Shown here piece after piece: positions 22,595-36,369 of a stretch of DNA of 40,741 nucleotides (the stretch's first letter is position 1; each line of letters starts with the position of its first letter). The position numbers and the translations under genes are program-made. The DNA lies in NCBI GenBank assembly GCA_013115125.1, contig JABANN010000307.1:1-40741 (forward strand). The letters run 5' to 3'. The DNA is from Perkinsus olseni. Lineage: Eukaryota. Below the pieces are notes generated by a model that did not search any database, had not been told where the DNA came from, and saw only the letters and a program-made list of their open reading frames with translations.

Positions 22595-25447
22595 TCACAG
22601 TTTGCCACGTCTCATCAGCATGGTTCTGCGCACCTGCTCCGGCACCCCCCGGGACCACGGCGCTCGGCGGGCCTCCTCCAACAGAGCCTCATAGACCTTA
22701 CCATCCTTCCGCCCCAGTGTTGAGCCCAACAATTGCTGGTCCGAATACTCGAAGGCATCCACTGTCGAGATAGCAATGGGCCGTAGCCCTCTCACCAAGC
22801 TGAGCAGGTCCTCATGCTGGCCTTGCCGAGGGCTCCACTCCGGCAAGAGGGACATGCCAGAGGACGGCATAGAGACAACGCAGTAAGAGTACACTGATAT
22901 CAACTTCTGGACCACATCGACTGTCTCGGTGCTTCCAAGAAGAGGTGCCAACTTCTCCAGACGAAGGAAGGCCCAGCGGGCCAGTATCCACTCGCCGTAG
23001 GCTCGGGCCGCCACGATGTCACAGACGCTGTCGCACCGGTTCCGAGCGATTTCATGCGTCCTGTGAGCTCGCCTCCGTAAATCGATCGAAATCGGTATCG
23101 AAGATTCGTCTTCCTCATGAAAAAAGGAGCCCTGCGCGAGCCCTCTCATCTTGCGGCCAGCGTATGATAGCAAAACCTGGACATCTCCCTCCGCCGTCAC
23201 GCGCCACAAATTATCCAAGCTGATCTTCGCGATGCCACTGTTGAGCAAATACCCATTGCCGCCACAGCAGCGTCGGAGGTCCTCGATAAGATCAGCAGAG
23301 AGTGTGCACGCTACTCCCTTCAATGCACCAATCAGCCACTCAGGCTGCCGGTCAAGGGCAGCGTCAAGGAGTAGCCACTGACCAGCGAGTTTCAAGACGT
23401 AAGCTGAAGCTATGCCCCGTAGAAGTCTCAAGGCCTGGGCATCATGGTCCATGAGCCGAGCCTCTCTAATGGGGTCCAATGGTGATCGACCCTGACGGCG
23501 CACGCAAGAGTACCTAGCAAGAAGCTGTCTGTAACCACCACAGCTCGCGAGCAATCGAAGTGTTCCCGCGTTCCGGGAAAGGTGGTCACTCCGCGAGAAA
23601 GCGTCGCTACAGAGAAAAGAAGAAGCATTCCAACTATGTATGATTGTAGTGATGCGTCTTCGGCATGGACCTTGTCGAACGATCAACAAAAGAGGACCAA
23701 GAAAACGCTTCCACCCAGCCCGCAAGCACAAGCGGAAGGACGTGCATCGCCAATCCCAAGTGTAGCTGTTCCGAAGGCCAGCGGCTGGCCAATAAACGGC
23801 AGTAACGTAGAATCTACTCGAACCTGACCTCGTAGCGATGGTGGCGGCCTTCGCCAATACTCCGCCGGAGAGAGCGATCCAACCGGCCCTCGTAGCCACC
23901 ATAGATGAATGCTCCAGTCTCTTGTCGGCCGTCGGATTGGCGATAAATTTGCCATCATGGGATACCTGAGGAACACCATCTTTACTCCTTCATAAAAACA
24001 AACGGTTTGAAACAAGTTGCTTCAACAACTCTCTACTGTGGCGGGGAGAACGCACTGATGCAGATTGGGCCATTCGCCGTCCCAACCTAGAGGCAAGGCC
24101 CCACCTACCTCCCCCTTGCCAGCTAGTAGAGCATCGAGGGGCACTCGGAGGTGGTCGAGCCTCATCCAGCCGGAATCATGAAAATCTTCTCCCATCTTAG
24201 GTCCGAGTTCGCCCAACTGGATACCTGGCCGGACACAGTGGTCCGCGTCTCGAAGGGTAACGATGAAGCCAGCTACGCCATGATCACCGTCAGGCAGCAG
24301 CAGCCGGGCGTACCTGGCCGATATGAACTGTGCTAGGAACATTTTCACGAGACCCACACAATAGCGTGCGTCGCGCCGAGGGCCAATCCACCCGGCCACC
24401 ACTTAGTGGCAGTCAAGGTCGGAGTGTTCAACCGGAAGCAAGGTCCGCCATCGTCAACAACGAAGGTAGCCGTGGTCTCAAGGCCTCTCACATTGGAGCC
24501 GTGGCCGAGCTCTGTCTGGCAGTACCTAGCCAACCCACCGGTGTTCGCTACGCTTCTTCCAAGCCTTACGAGCCCACGACTTCCATCGTCATCACTTTCG
24601 GTATCCACTCTCTCTTCTGCGTCTCCGAGCCTTGTCCAACGATGGCTTGCAGGAAGGGGACCATCGAGTCCCACATCCCCGAGCTGTCAGGGACGATCTC
24701 GGACATCCACACGACCTCCAAGGGGTCCGCTGCCGACGCCGTGCCTGGACGGGAACCTTCTGTCGGTGCTGAGGTGTGGGAATGCAGGTGAGGCCTGACC
24801 GAGGAGATGACCTACGAGATCGGACTCCAATCGAAGACGTCGTGGAGGACGAGCCAAGACTTCGTTCTATGGCCGATTCCCATGCCAGGTCCCACCTTGC
24901 TCGTGCCAGTAGGCATGAGACGATCTTCAAACGCTAATCAAGTTCAACCGAGATCATAGAAAACAGGATTGTCTTCAACACATGAGAATAAAACGTGGGA
25001 GCGTTCCAGTGGATCAGCAGTCTACTGAGCACTCCCACCAGTCAAGGCCTACCTATAGAGATCGAAGATTGCCCCGATTTATTGCATTAACAGACACGGG
25101 ACAGTCTGCGAACGCTCATCGAGTTCCGGTTCACGCTGGGTGCCCAGTAAACCTCTCCTGGGTTCCAAGTGCGCTCCCAGGATAATTTTTACACGTTAGA
25201 ATCAATCCTGGGAGCGTTCCTGAATTTCATGGGAGGTCTGTTGAACCCTCCAACCAAGGGCCCCTCACGAAGCCTACCTATGAAGATCGAAGAATCTCTG
25301 TAAAGCAGCGGCAGCACGGTCATCTCTACTCTGGCCAGCAGGGTCCACTTCAAGACGGTCGGTTAGGTGGCCCATCCATCGACGACGTCGCTGCCTGCGG
25401 GGGTCACAGCCGTCCAGCAGGAACGTGAGCGATTCCGTCAAGGGCAT
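22595..25447 (-). CDS. ACOX: Peroxisomal acyl-CoA oxidase, multi-exon
   Basis: LTFLLDG N-terminus; [76 protein letters not shown]-terminal GKL (PTS1-like). Confidence 0.93.
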
Positions 25448-25858
25448 AGCGCCAATCAACTTGAGGAAGCGACGCGAGGCTAGGTAACGGCAGGTGGGAG
25501 GTAAGGTGTGAACCAAAATGAGCCGCAAAGATGCGACGATTATATATGAGTAACATCGCTCAAAGCTCGGACAAATTCACCCATTTCGATAATCGTTCAG
25601 TGCAGCCCGCGACGTCCAACCCTCTTGTCACGTGGCCGATCAACAGCATTAATGCCTTTCTGAGAGTGGCTCAGCCGCATCTGGCTCCTCAGGGGTCCTC
25701 CCCGCGTGATGCACATCTTCTGGCTTGCGTGATTGCCGTCAAAACCTGTCGACCTCTGCCCAGCGTACCCGTCGCTTTGGGGGGCCAGCAGTGAACTCAG
25801 ACTAGCGTCACACGGCCTTGCGGCAGCCACCTTCCCTGTAGGGTCTTGGGTGTCGTCT
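25448..25858. promoter_or_regulatory. Divergent strand-switch region, probable bidirectional transcription start
   Basis: Lies between the ACOX ATG (-) and the PTGES2-like ATG (+); the only orientation switch among the well-supported genes. Confidence 0.55.
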
Positions 25859-26976
25859 ATGTTTACTCGTCTTGGATCAAGGCGTCTCTGTGCTGCGGCG
25901 GGAGGCGTGTCGAGGCTTCCTGAGGTTAACATCTATCAGTATGAGATCTGCCCCTACTGTAACAAAGTTAAGGCTTTCTTGGATTGGCAACAGGTGAGGA
26001 GGTTGGGTGATATCTTTGAAACGGGAAGATACTAGGTTGAGGTGGTAAGATACAGAATAGCTCGGGTTGTGACTCGTGCGGCGTCTCACTGTCTGTGATC
26101 TATCTCTTATTCTCAGGTTCCTTACAAGACTATGGACGTGAATCCTCTCACCAAGGGTGAGATACGATTCAGCAAGGACTACCGGAAGGTCCCCATTGCC
26201 TTCATTGATGGCATCCAAGTAGCTGGAACCCGTCGCCTTCTTGGAGGAGGCTCCTCCTGCTGCCAGCTCGCCTCAGGTCAACGACTCCACTGAGATTATC
26301 AAGAAGCTCGTCGAGGCACTAGGCCGAGAGAACGTCAGCCAGCAGCTGCAGGAGCCTGAGATCAGCAAATGGGTCGACTGGACCGACAAGAAGCTCGCGG
26401 TGTTGCTCTTCCCCAACCTCACACGAACCTTTGGAGAGTCGTTCGAGGCCTTCGGCTACATTATGAATATCCCGCACATGTGGTTACCTATGAAGATGGT
26501 GAATCGACTGGTTGGTGGCTGGGCTATGTGGATGGCTAATGACAAGATACGGAAGAAGTACAACATAGACGATGAGCGAGAAGATCTACTCAAATGCATT
26601 GACGTAAGAAGTGGCCTGATTCCGCTCTTATTGTTAGTGAACAGGAGTGGACGGTCGACTTGGCCGCAAGAGGGGGGAAGTTCCACGGCGGTACCAAACC
26701 CGATCTTGCCGATGTGGCTGTGTGAGTGACTGTGAGCGGTGGTGCTTTCGAGTAGGTGAAGGCCAGGTACGGCTGCATAAGATCCCTTGAAGGCTTCACA
26801 ACTCACCATTGGCTACTCAGAAACCACACAGACCTCCTCACATGGTTAGTACTATTGAAGTAGTAGGTGAGGGAAATGAGGTACTCCCCAGGTACAATAC
26901 GATGTTTCGAGCTATGCCGGAGTCCAGTCGGTTGGACCGAGTTTTTGCCTCCCCTATCAAGAGTTCAACTGCATGA
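25859..26976 (+). CDS. PTGES2: Prostaglandin E synthase 2-like glutaredoxin/GST protein, multi-exon
   Basis: YQYEICPYCNKVKAFLD, DVNPLTKGEIRFSKDYRKVP, NDSTEII, KWVDWTDKKLAVLLFPNL, FHGGTKPDLADVAVYG; Arg-rich N-terminus resembles a mitochondrial presequence. Confidence 0.9.
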
Positions 26977-27089
26977 CGTTGACTGTGGCCGGTCTTCGAT
27001 GAATTTTTGAGTGATTTTCGACATGTTTCTGCCTTTTGGTTTTTCTTGAGTTGCCCTCCGCCCTACCTCTTTCAGAGCTCCTTGTTATC

Positions 27090-28353
27090 ATGCCTTCAGC
27101 ACAGCGATGGAAGTGCCGCCTACTGTTCTCTCGGATTGATTTGACCCAAGAGAAGGTTGAGGTGCTTCGTCTACCCCACCCCAGCGACGGCAAGCTAGCC
27201 AACTTCCTCCTCACCTCAGCTGGCAGGTGGGGAGGGCAGGTCTCCGGCTTATCGCTTTGCAATCTGTCGGTGTAGATTGTTCGAGGTCAACTCTTTCGAG
27301 CGGAGCGGTTACAATCGTGGTAGCATCTTTGTGGGTCATGAGACCCTCGTTCGAGACCCTCATGTCCTCCTGGGGACGGAGGTCGCCCCTGTGATGGTCC
27401 TGCTGCCGTACCTGGTGAGCCAGAAAGGAAACCAGGATAGGTTGGTATGGTTGGATCAGCGTCTGTTCATCCTGAGCGACAGATTCGTTACCTTCACGGA
27501 CATCATCCTCGGGGCTAGCACTGAGTACAGCGATTGTAGGGAGGCCTTCAAGCATATGGTCTGCTGCTTTTGACGCTGCTGCTCTCATGAGCTTGTTTCA
27601 GGTTACGCTGTGCCGTGATGGCCTCGAGAAACAGCTCGCTTGTGTGTGTGAAACCAAGGCCGTCTCCAAGGATGCTGAGGTAGTTGCGGAATTTGAGTCC
27701 GTCGCTGCTAGTGTCCCTCGCCCTCGCCCTCTTCAGGAGAAAGTCTATCGATTCAGTCTCGAGCGTTTGGCTGCTTGGCTGGCCGTGATTGTGCGGAAGA
27801 CTACCGAGCAGGTTCCGCCTGGAGTTGGTCGGCGTACCGCTGTATCTTCTGAGTCAGGCTATCTCCTCGGCCTTGTACTTCACTGAAGTTGGCGAGTGCG
27901 CTACTGAGGAGCTGAGAAGGGAGAGGCTCTCGAGGTTCATGTGTGAGGTGTGAGCGAAGGAGCGCCTCGATGGGACTACTTTATTCTCAGTTGTGCTACC
28001 ATTTTGCGATGGGTGATGCTGATCTGGTTGCCAAAGTGGCTCGGCGCTTGGATGTTGGTGAGAGCTTGTCGGAGACCATTGGCAGGGTAGCTCTCTATTA
28101 GATGTCTCCAAAGCGTTGGTCCCGTCGCCTGCGAAGAAAGTGAGCCCTCCTGCTGTGGAGACAGCTCCGGTGAATCAGAAAAGAATCAGACCCAGCGAGG
28201 TAAGAGTAGTTACGGATGAGGCATAGGGATCGTCAGTATCAGCAGGCGAATAAGGTTGACGCTAAGCGAGCCAGACTAGAGCAGGCCGCTAAAGGTTGTA
28301 AGAAGATATCTTCCTTCTTCACGAAGCTTCCAAGCAAGAGCAGCAGCAAGTAG
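27090..28353 (+). CDS. RNASEH2B: Ribonuclease H2 subunit B, multi-exon
   Basis: LRLPHPSDGKLANFL, LFEV...GSIFVG, PVMVLLPYL, LACVCET, YRFSLERLAAWL and C-terminal PIP-box-like KGCKKISSFF. Confidence 0.85.
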
Positions 28354-28467
28354 CCTTTTTGAGACGCATGCTTGCTCTAATTAGTTTCATGCATGTACTC
28401 ATTCTCTGTGTTTTATTTTTGCCTTCGCTAAGGTAATGTCTTGGTTGTAGGTTTACTCCTGTGTATA

Positions 28468-30780
<2,313 letters not shown>

Positions 30781-31638
30781 AAAGGTTCTTCATCCGCTTC
30801 CTCTCCTCTTTCGGTTGTTTCCTTCGACGCTGACAGGCCGCGAAGCCCGATGGTTACTGCTGTCTGAAGTGAGGAGCTTTTACTTTGTCCGACTACTTCG
30901 GTACAGCTGTTGTATATAAACCTTTTCGGTCGCTGTCGTTCATCATACACCGAGTCAGAGTGGGTCGTCTTTATTCGTTCCTGCCATAGTTGCTCGCTGT
31001 TTGTAGCGCTACTGCTACCAAAATACGTCATTTTCACATTAATATTCCTCGACTTATGTCAAAGACCAAAATTGAGACGATTAAAGTCGTCGTCCGGTCG
31101 TCTTTCTTGCCGCCAATTCTGGCCATGCCATATGCTGCTTACGATTGTACCTGATGATGGATCCTTGGTGGTTCAGCAGCTGCAGCAGATCGACAATAAC
31201 ATCCCATTAGGGTGTATCACCCCGCTGTTATTGCGCTCTCGCGTCAGCCGCTGGCACCGTCACCGCTGCTAGCAGCTCCATCGTCATGTTCCTCATTTCT
31301 AGTGTTTTGTCTACCGCACGTATCGAGTATAAATCTTAACTGTGATCGCCTCTTCCCTCATCAAAGCACGGTCGAATGCCCTCCCGCCTACCAGACCGTT
31401 GATATTAATTTTGTGGCCTCACTGACCGGAAGACTGGATCGGTCTTTCCCTTTTTGTCTTCTTCAAGGTCGCAAATGCCGTCGCAAAGGCGGTCAGAATT
31501 CACAAGTGAGGCCGAGAAGACCACAGTCGCCAATTATTGTTATTACCGTTACTGCGTGTGTGGTATACGATCACCTACTACTACCAGTGTGGTAGAGAGA
31601 GGATAAGCAGCAAAAGCATAAGCCCCGCAGCCAGGGGA

Positions 31639-34600
31639 ATGACGTTTGTTGAGGTTGACTTTACTACCATTGGGTAAAATGACGTACGGCTACCGTAGTA
31701 GAGGATGACCCTTTACCAATCACCTCTTCTTCAATTTCCTCACTGAAAAATTCGCTCCAGATAGTAACTTCGGTGTTGAGTTTAAGTAGCTATTAATGGC
31801 TGGGAGGGGCAGCGGACGTTCCCAGTTTGTGTTTGGACACAATGTCCTCAGCGGACGATGCCAGAACCGACCACGTAGTCGTCGGTCACGTCGAAAAGAG
31901 TGTCGACACATTTCCAGTCGGGAACAGTCTCGACTCTGTGGCGGCTGTGGCGGGGCCCATTGGTGAAGAAGGGGAGGCTGTCGTATGGTAGTACGGGAAG
32001 GTGGCATTAATATGGGAGGCCTTCTGGTGGCGCTTCTGTTTTTCTGAGCTCCCGAAAAGGTGGGACTACTTTCGACTCCGGGTAGTATATCTAGCTCGTC
32101 TATCTATCCAAAGCAGCTCCATCTCGATGACTTCCCAGGCTGCCATTGCATCCTGGTCCCTCCCGAGTTCAAGCGCCCCGCCAGTGGGCTAGAGCAGATA
32201 GCGGCATCATTGCTAAGGCGGTTCGACTCATTCAATTATCGACTAACTTCTCAGTTCTTACCCTGGATCCGCCGATCAAGCGACCTGCCGTCTAGCGGTG
32301 TATCGTCCTTGCGAGGACGGCTCAGCCGAAACTGTTCATGCGGTTGTTGTGAAGTTGCCTATGGAAGTTGTGGGAGATGCCAGGGTCACTCACATGGCTA
32401 GCCAGGTGGATCAGAAGTCTGGCGGTAAGGAGAGCGGGTGGTTCCGTGAAAATAGCTGAACGTCATAGAGACTGGATTAAGGCCAAGTCCATTGCGCTTT
32501 CATCTCTTCCACGCTTCCTACTACGATATAATGGGGTTCTGCTTCGCCGTGCTGCTGGGCGTTAGTCTTCGGGATATTTCTGGCCTCAGGTATTACCTTC
32601 TGTCTCCTAACATCCTCCTCGGTCATCCTCTCCCTCAACATCCCTCCCCGACTTTCACGGTCGGACTCTGTCTGGGCTAACCGCCTCGCCTCGGTGTCTC
32701 AGCGCGTCACTACCGTCGCTGGTCTAACTGGGCCGGCCACGTCCTGCACTCTCCTCGGTCCCGGATGGGCTGCCATTGGCTGCGCCGACGGAAACGTTAC
32801 ATTAGCTTGGCTTTCTACATACGACAATGGTCAGGAGACACCGAGCCTGTGCGAGAAGAACCTCGGGTTAGTCGCGCGGAAGAGTGTCTGGTCCAAGATG
32901 ACTAGCATGTTCAGAAGTGAGCCTTCCCATGGCAGTCTGGCCCCGTGTGGCATCTTTGTTCTTCCCAGGTTCCCGGTCCCCCTCAAATCTCTCCGCGGCT
33001 GTGGTTGGACTAGTACCTCTACCCAATCAGGAGCTGCTTTCTGTAACGGCTGATGGCTGCTGCCGCCGATGGTCGGAGCCGTTGTCGGCCTACGCTGGTA
33101 CACCTCCTGCTAGCGAGGCCAATCTTGAAATCTTCGGCGGCATCGTCGTCAGCAACTTCGCAGGCGATGAGCTTCCCGGGTCTCTGGCCGTCGGAAGACA
33201 GGGCGCCGCTGGGGCTTGGGTTGTGAGCATTCTTGACGTAGGCGAGGACGGATCGATCACCGAAGGCCCTTCGATCGACCTGCCGCTCCAACCGGGCTCC
33301 GAACTACTCCGGCTCTCCATTAGTGAGCAGCAATTACTTGTGGTTGGCCGGAGCCCCGAGAATGAGATTGAGATTCTCGTCGGTGATATTTCACCGGAGA
33401 ACGGTGGGGACGGGGCCTTGGCCGGCTTCACGGTCTGTGCCACAACTCAGCAGCAAGGAAAACGAAAAATGGAGCTAGCTAGAGGTGTCACCATCGCTGA
33501 CTTGGAGGACCTTCGAGTGTCTCATGGAGGGCAAACCGTCTCAGAGCTCTGCTCCCTCTTGCCTCCCCCACCGTTTCCGTTGTTCTACGTAGCGGACAGC
33601 TGCGCTACGGTGCTGAGCAGTCGTGACTTTGTGGCAGCATGGTGGGCTTGGACGCTCATTTCGTTGGGGTTGGAGAGCTCGCCGGAGTCTCTCTTCGGTA
33701 AACTCACTGCTGAGAAAAGCGTACAGGCGGTACATGGCATGGCGAGGAGCCTACTGTCTTCTATCGACAGCGCCGTGGACGACGCCAGGACCGCCGTGGG
33801 CTTCGTCGGCAGCGCCTTTCTCATCGCGTCCCCGCATTCGGTATCTGCCCTTCGCCCGGTTGATGACTTATTTGAAGAGAGTCTCCTGAGATTTGGTATG
33901 GGACACTCGCTGGCTTGTGGTGGTGCGGAGGATCTTCTGCTGGACGACGAAGAAGCGTCGGACCCTCAGCGGCTCTGCACGGCGGCGTTGATGGCGGGAG
34001 CCTTCACACTTACGAGTTCCACTCTCATGGTCACAGCTGCAGCAGGCCATATCCAGCCGGTGGTCGAAGCCTGCGTAGAGGCGCTAAACTCCGACGAAAC
34101 TGGATTGCGGATGGTCGGCGAGGCTTCGAACCAGATCCGAGATCTGAAGGGGGCGGCCCGAGAGATCAAGGAACTGATTGCTGCGTCTCGGCAGGTCCCC
34201 AATGACGTTCTCGCCGGCCTGGCCATTTGGACTGAGTGGGCGCTGAACAAGGGAGCGCTAGACAGCCAATGCGGCGCGGCGACCGTGGCGGAGATCCGAA
34301 AATTGGTAGTAGCAGGGAGTAGGGCGAGCAAACTGCTGGTTCTTTGATTTTTGATATCTCAGCATGACGATGTACTCGGAGGAGTGCAAGGAGCGCTCGC
34401 TCTTGACCTCGCCAAGGACACATCTTCGGCCTTGCTGCGGAGTAGTGCTGAAGGCTTGACGAAGGAGGAGCTTTTGAGGCGTTTGATGGAGTACCCGGTG
34501 GACGCTAAGGAGGTGCTGGTGCCCCTGGCTCTCCTCCTTAAGGGAGAAAAGGCCGAAAACTACGTCATAGCCAGGTGAAGCGGGGAGCCTGTTCTCGGGC

Positions 34601-36284
34601 TTCCTCATTAGGCGCTGTGTCCTGTTTCAGATCCATCCTGTCTGATGCCGACAACTGCACTCCCGAGAGACTGGCCTACGTGCTGGAACTTCTGACCAGC
34701 GTCTGCGTCGACGACCAGGGGTCTCTCAGCTCTGTTCTCGGCTCCGGTAACAGTCTGCCTCAGCACTGTGTCCGATTATGCTGTCAAGCGGGTTTCTTCG
34801 AGGCTGAGATAACCTTCGCGAAGCTGCAGGGAGTGGACGCTGTGGACCTGTTCGATCGGGCGCTGGAACTCCGCGACTGGGATACTTGCTTGGAAGCTCT
34901 CACCGAGGGCGCTTTGACTGAACGCTTATCGGAGATGGCGCGAGAGCTCGAACGGTGCGGTGAACTGGGTTGGCTGATGAGGGTGAGGGCCGAGAAAAGT
35001 GGTGCCGCAGCTGCCACTGCGGGGAAGCTTCTCGACGTTATTGTCTCATCCGCGAGACCGGAAACTGTGCGAGAACTCGAGCAGCTCTGGGCAGTGATGA
35101 CCAAAAGTGGAGATCGAGAGCATGCAGCGAGGCTGGCGATCAGGGGGTATCTTGACAACGGAGGAAGCCAGCAGACGCCAGAGCCTGCTCGAGGCCTCCT
35201 TGCTGCGGACTGCACGACTCCTCCCGGCGAAATTCCTGGTGAGCTTCGGCAGCCTGAAGTTGCAGAGTTGGTTGAGAACTCCCAGCCCGAGGTTGTTCTG
35301 TCCACGTTGGATCGATTGCAGTGCCAGAAGAAATGTTTGCTATTGGCCAAGGCGAGCTTGAAGCGCATGAATTCACCTCGGGGAGTCTTTGTGGTTCTCC
35401 GAAACAGCGAAATCTCTGCAGAGGGGTCACGGTTCCTGTTCGTCGACTTCGCCTGGGTGCAACTGAGACTTCAATACGTCTCCCTCTACTCGGCGGTAGT
35501 TGAACTCACTCACGTCAGTGTGGGTGCCGTGGACCCATGGCGCCTCTGTCGAATCGGCTCCTCGCTGGGGCTCCTCAAGCCCGCCGTAGACCTGGCTCGC
35601 TTGGCTGGTCTGGATCCTTGGTCGTCTTGCTTTTTGCCGTTTGTCGAGCTCATCCGGCGGGATGAGAGACCAGCCCTTGCGAGAGAGGATGGCGAGCCGT
35701 CGTTGATGCGGTATGCTTTCACGAGGTTCGACTCGGTCTCGCCCTTGCAGTGTGATGGCAGCACTACTGAGCCCTTGTGGTCAACCCTATTAGTTCTGAC
35801 CGAGAACGACACATACGCTCTGGCTCATGTTCTTGTCTACCTGCTCCGGGTTGAGAAGGCGGCAGTCCCTGATGAACTTGTTGCGAAGCTGCTGGACTTA
35901 GACTGGCTGGCACTACTCAGAGCCTTCATGGTCACGGGTGAACTCGAGCAGGCAGCAGATCTCGCTGTGCAGCAGGTCGAAGACTGGGATCCTCAAGACA
36001 AAGGCTCTCCGATGGACTTGGCACTGATATTGCAAGTGATGGAAGCGCTGGATGCCGCTGTTGACAATGGGAGCGGTGAATTGGTACTAACCATGAAAAG
36101 CTCGTTCGCTTTCGCCCTCGACCATTCTCCTCGGGTTATCTGTGGCTTGGACACCGCGTCGTTCGGTGTGTAGGTACCCCAAAGAGACGCCCTAGGCGGA
36201 GCGGTGGAAGGCCTGAGGGATCGTTTACGTATTGAAGATGAGAGAGCTGTTGGGCTCGCTAAGCTTGGACCTATGTCCTTCTAA
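31639..36284 (+). CDS. NUP160: Nucleoporin Nup160/Nup120-like protein, multi-exon (5' exons uncertain)
   Basis: Beta-propeller-like N-half with SVWSKMTSMF insertion and LLSVTADGCCRRWS; helical C-half ending LLRVEKAAVPDELVAKLLDLDWLALLRAFMVTGELEQAADL...LILQVMEAL, resembling the Nup160 C-terminus. Confidence 0.65.
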
Positions 36285-36369
36285 GTATGATTTCTCCTGC
36301 TCTCCTAGGAACTGCGTTCTGTTAGATGTGGCTCGCTTCATCGGTCTTGCTCAGCTTTTTTCCGCAGCT

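Noticed and set aside
30781-31638. Short ORFs between DBP2 and the Nup160-like gene
   Set aside because: No consistent splice model or recognisable motif; probably UTR or intergenic.
36232-36369. N-terminal extension of the GDH ORF
   Set aside because: Starts at TTG and overlaps the last Nup160-like exon; ATG 36370 follows an acceptor-like site.
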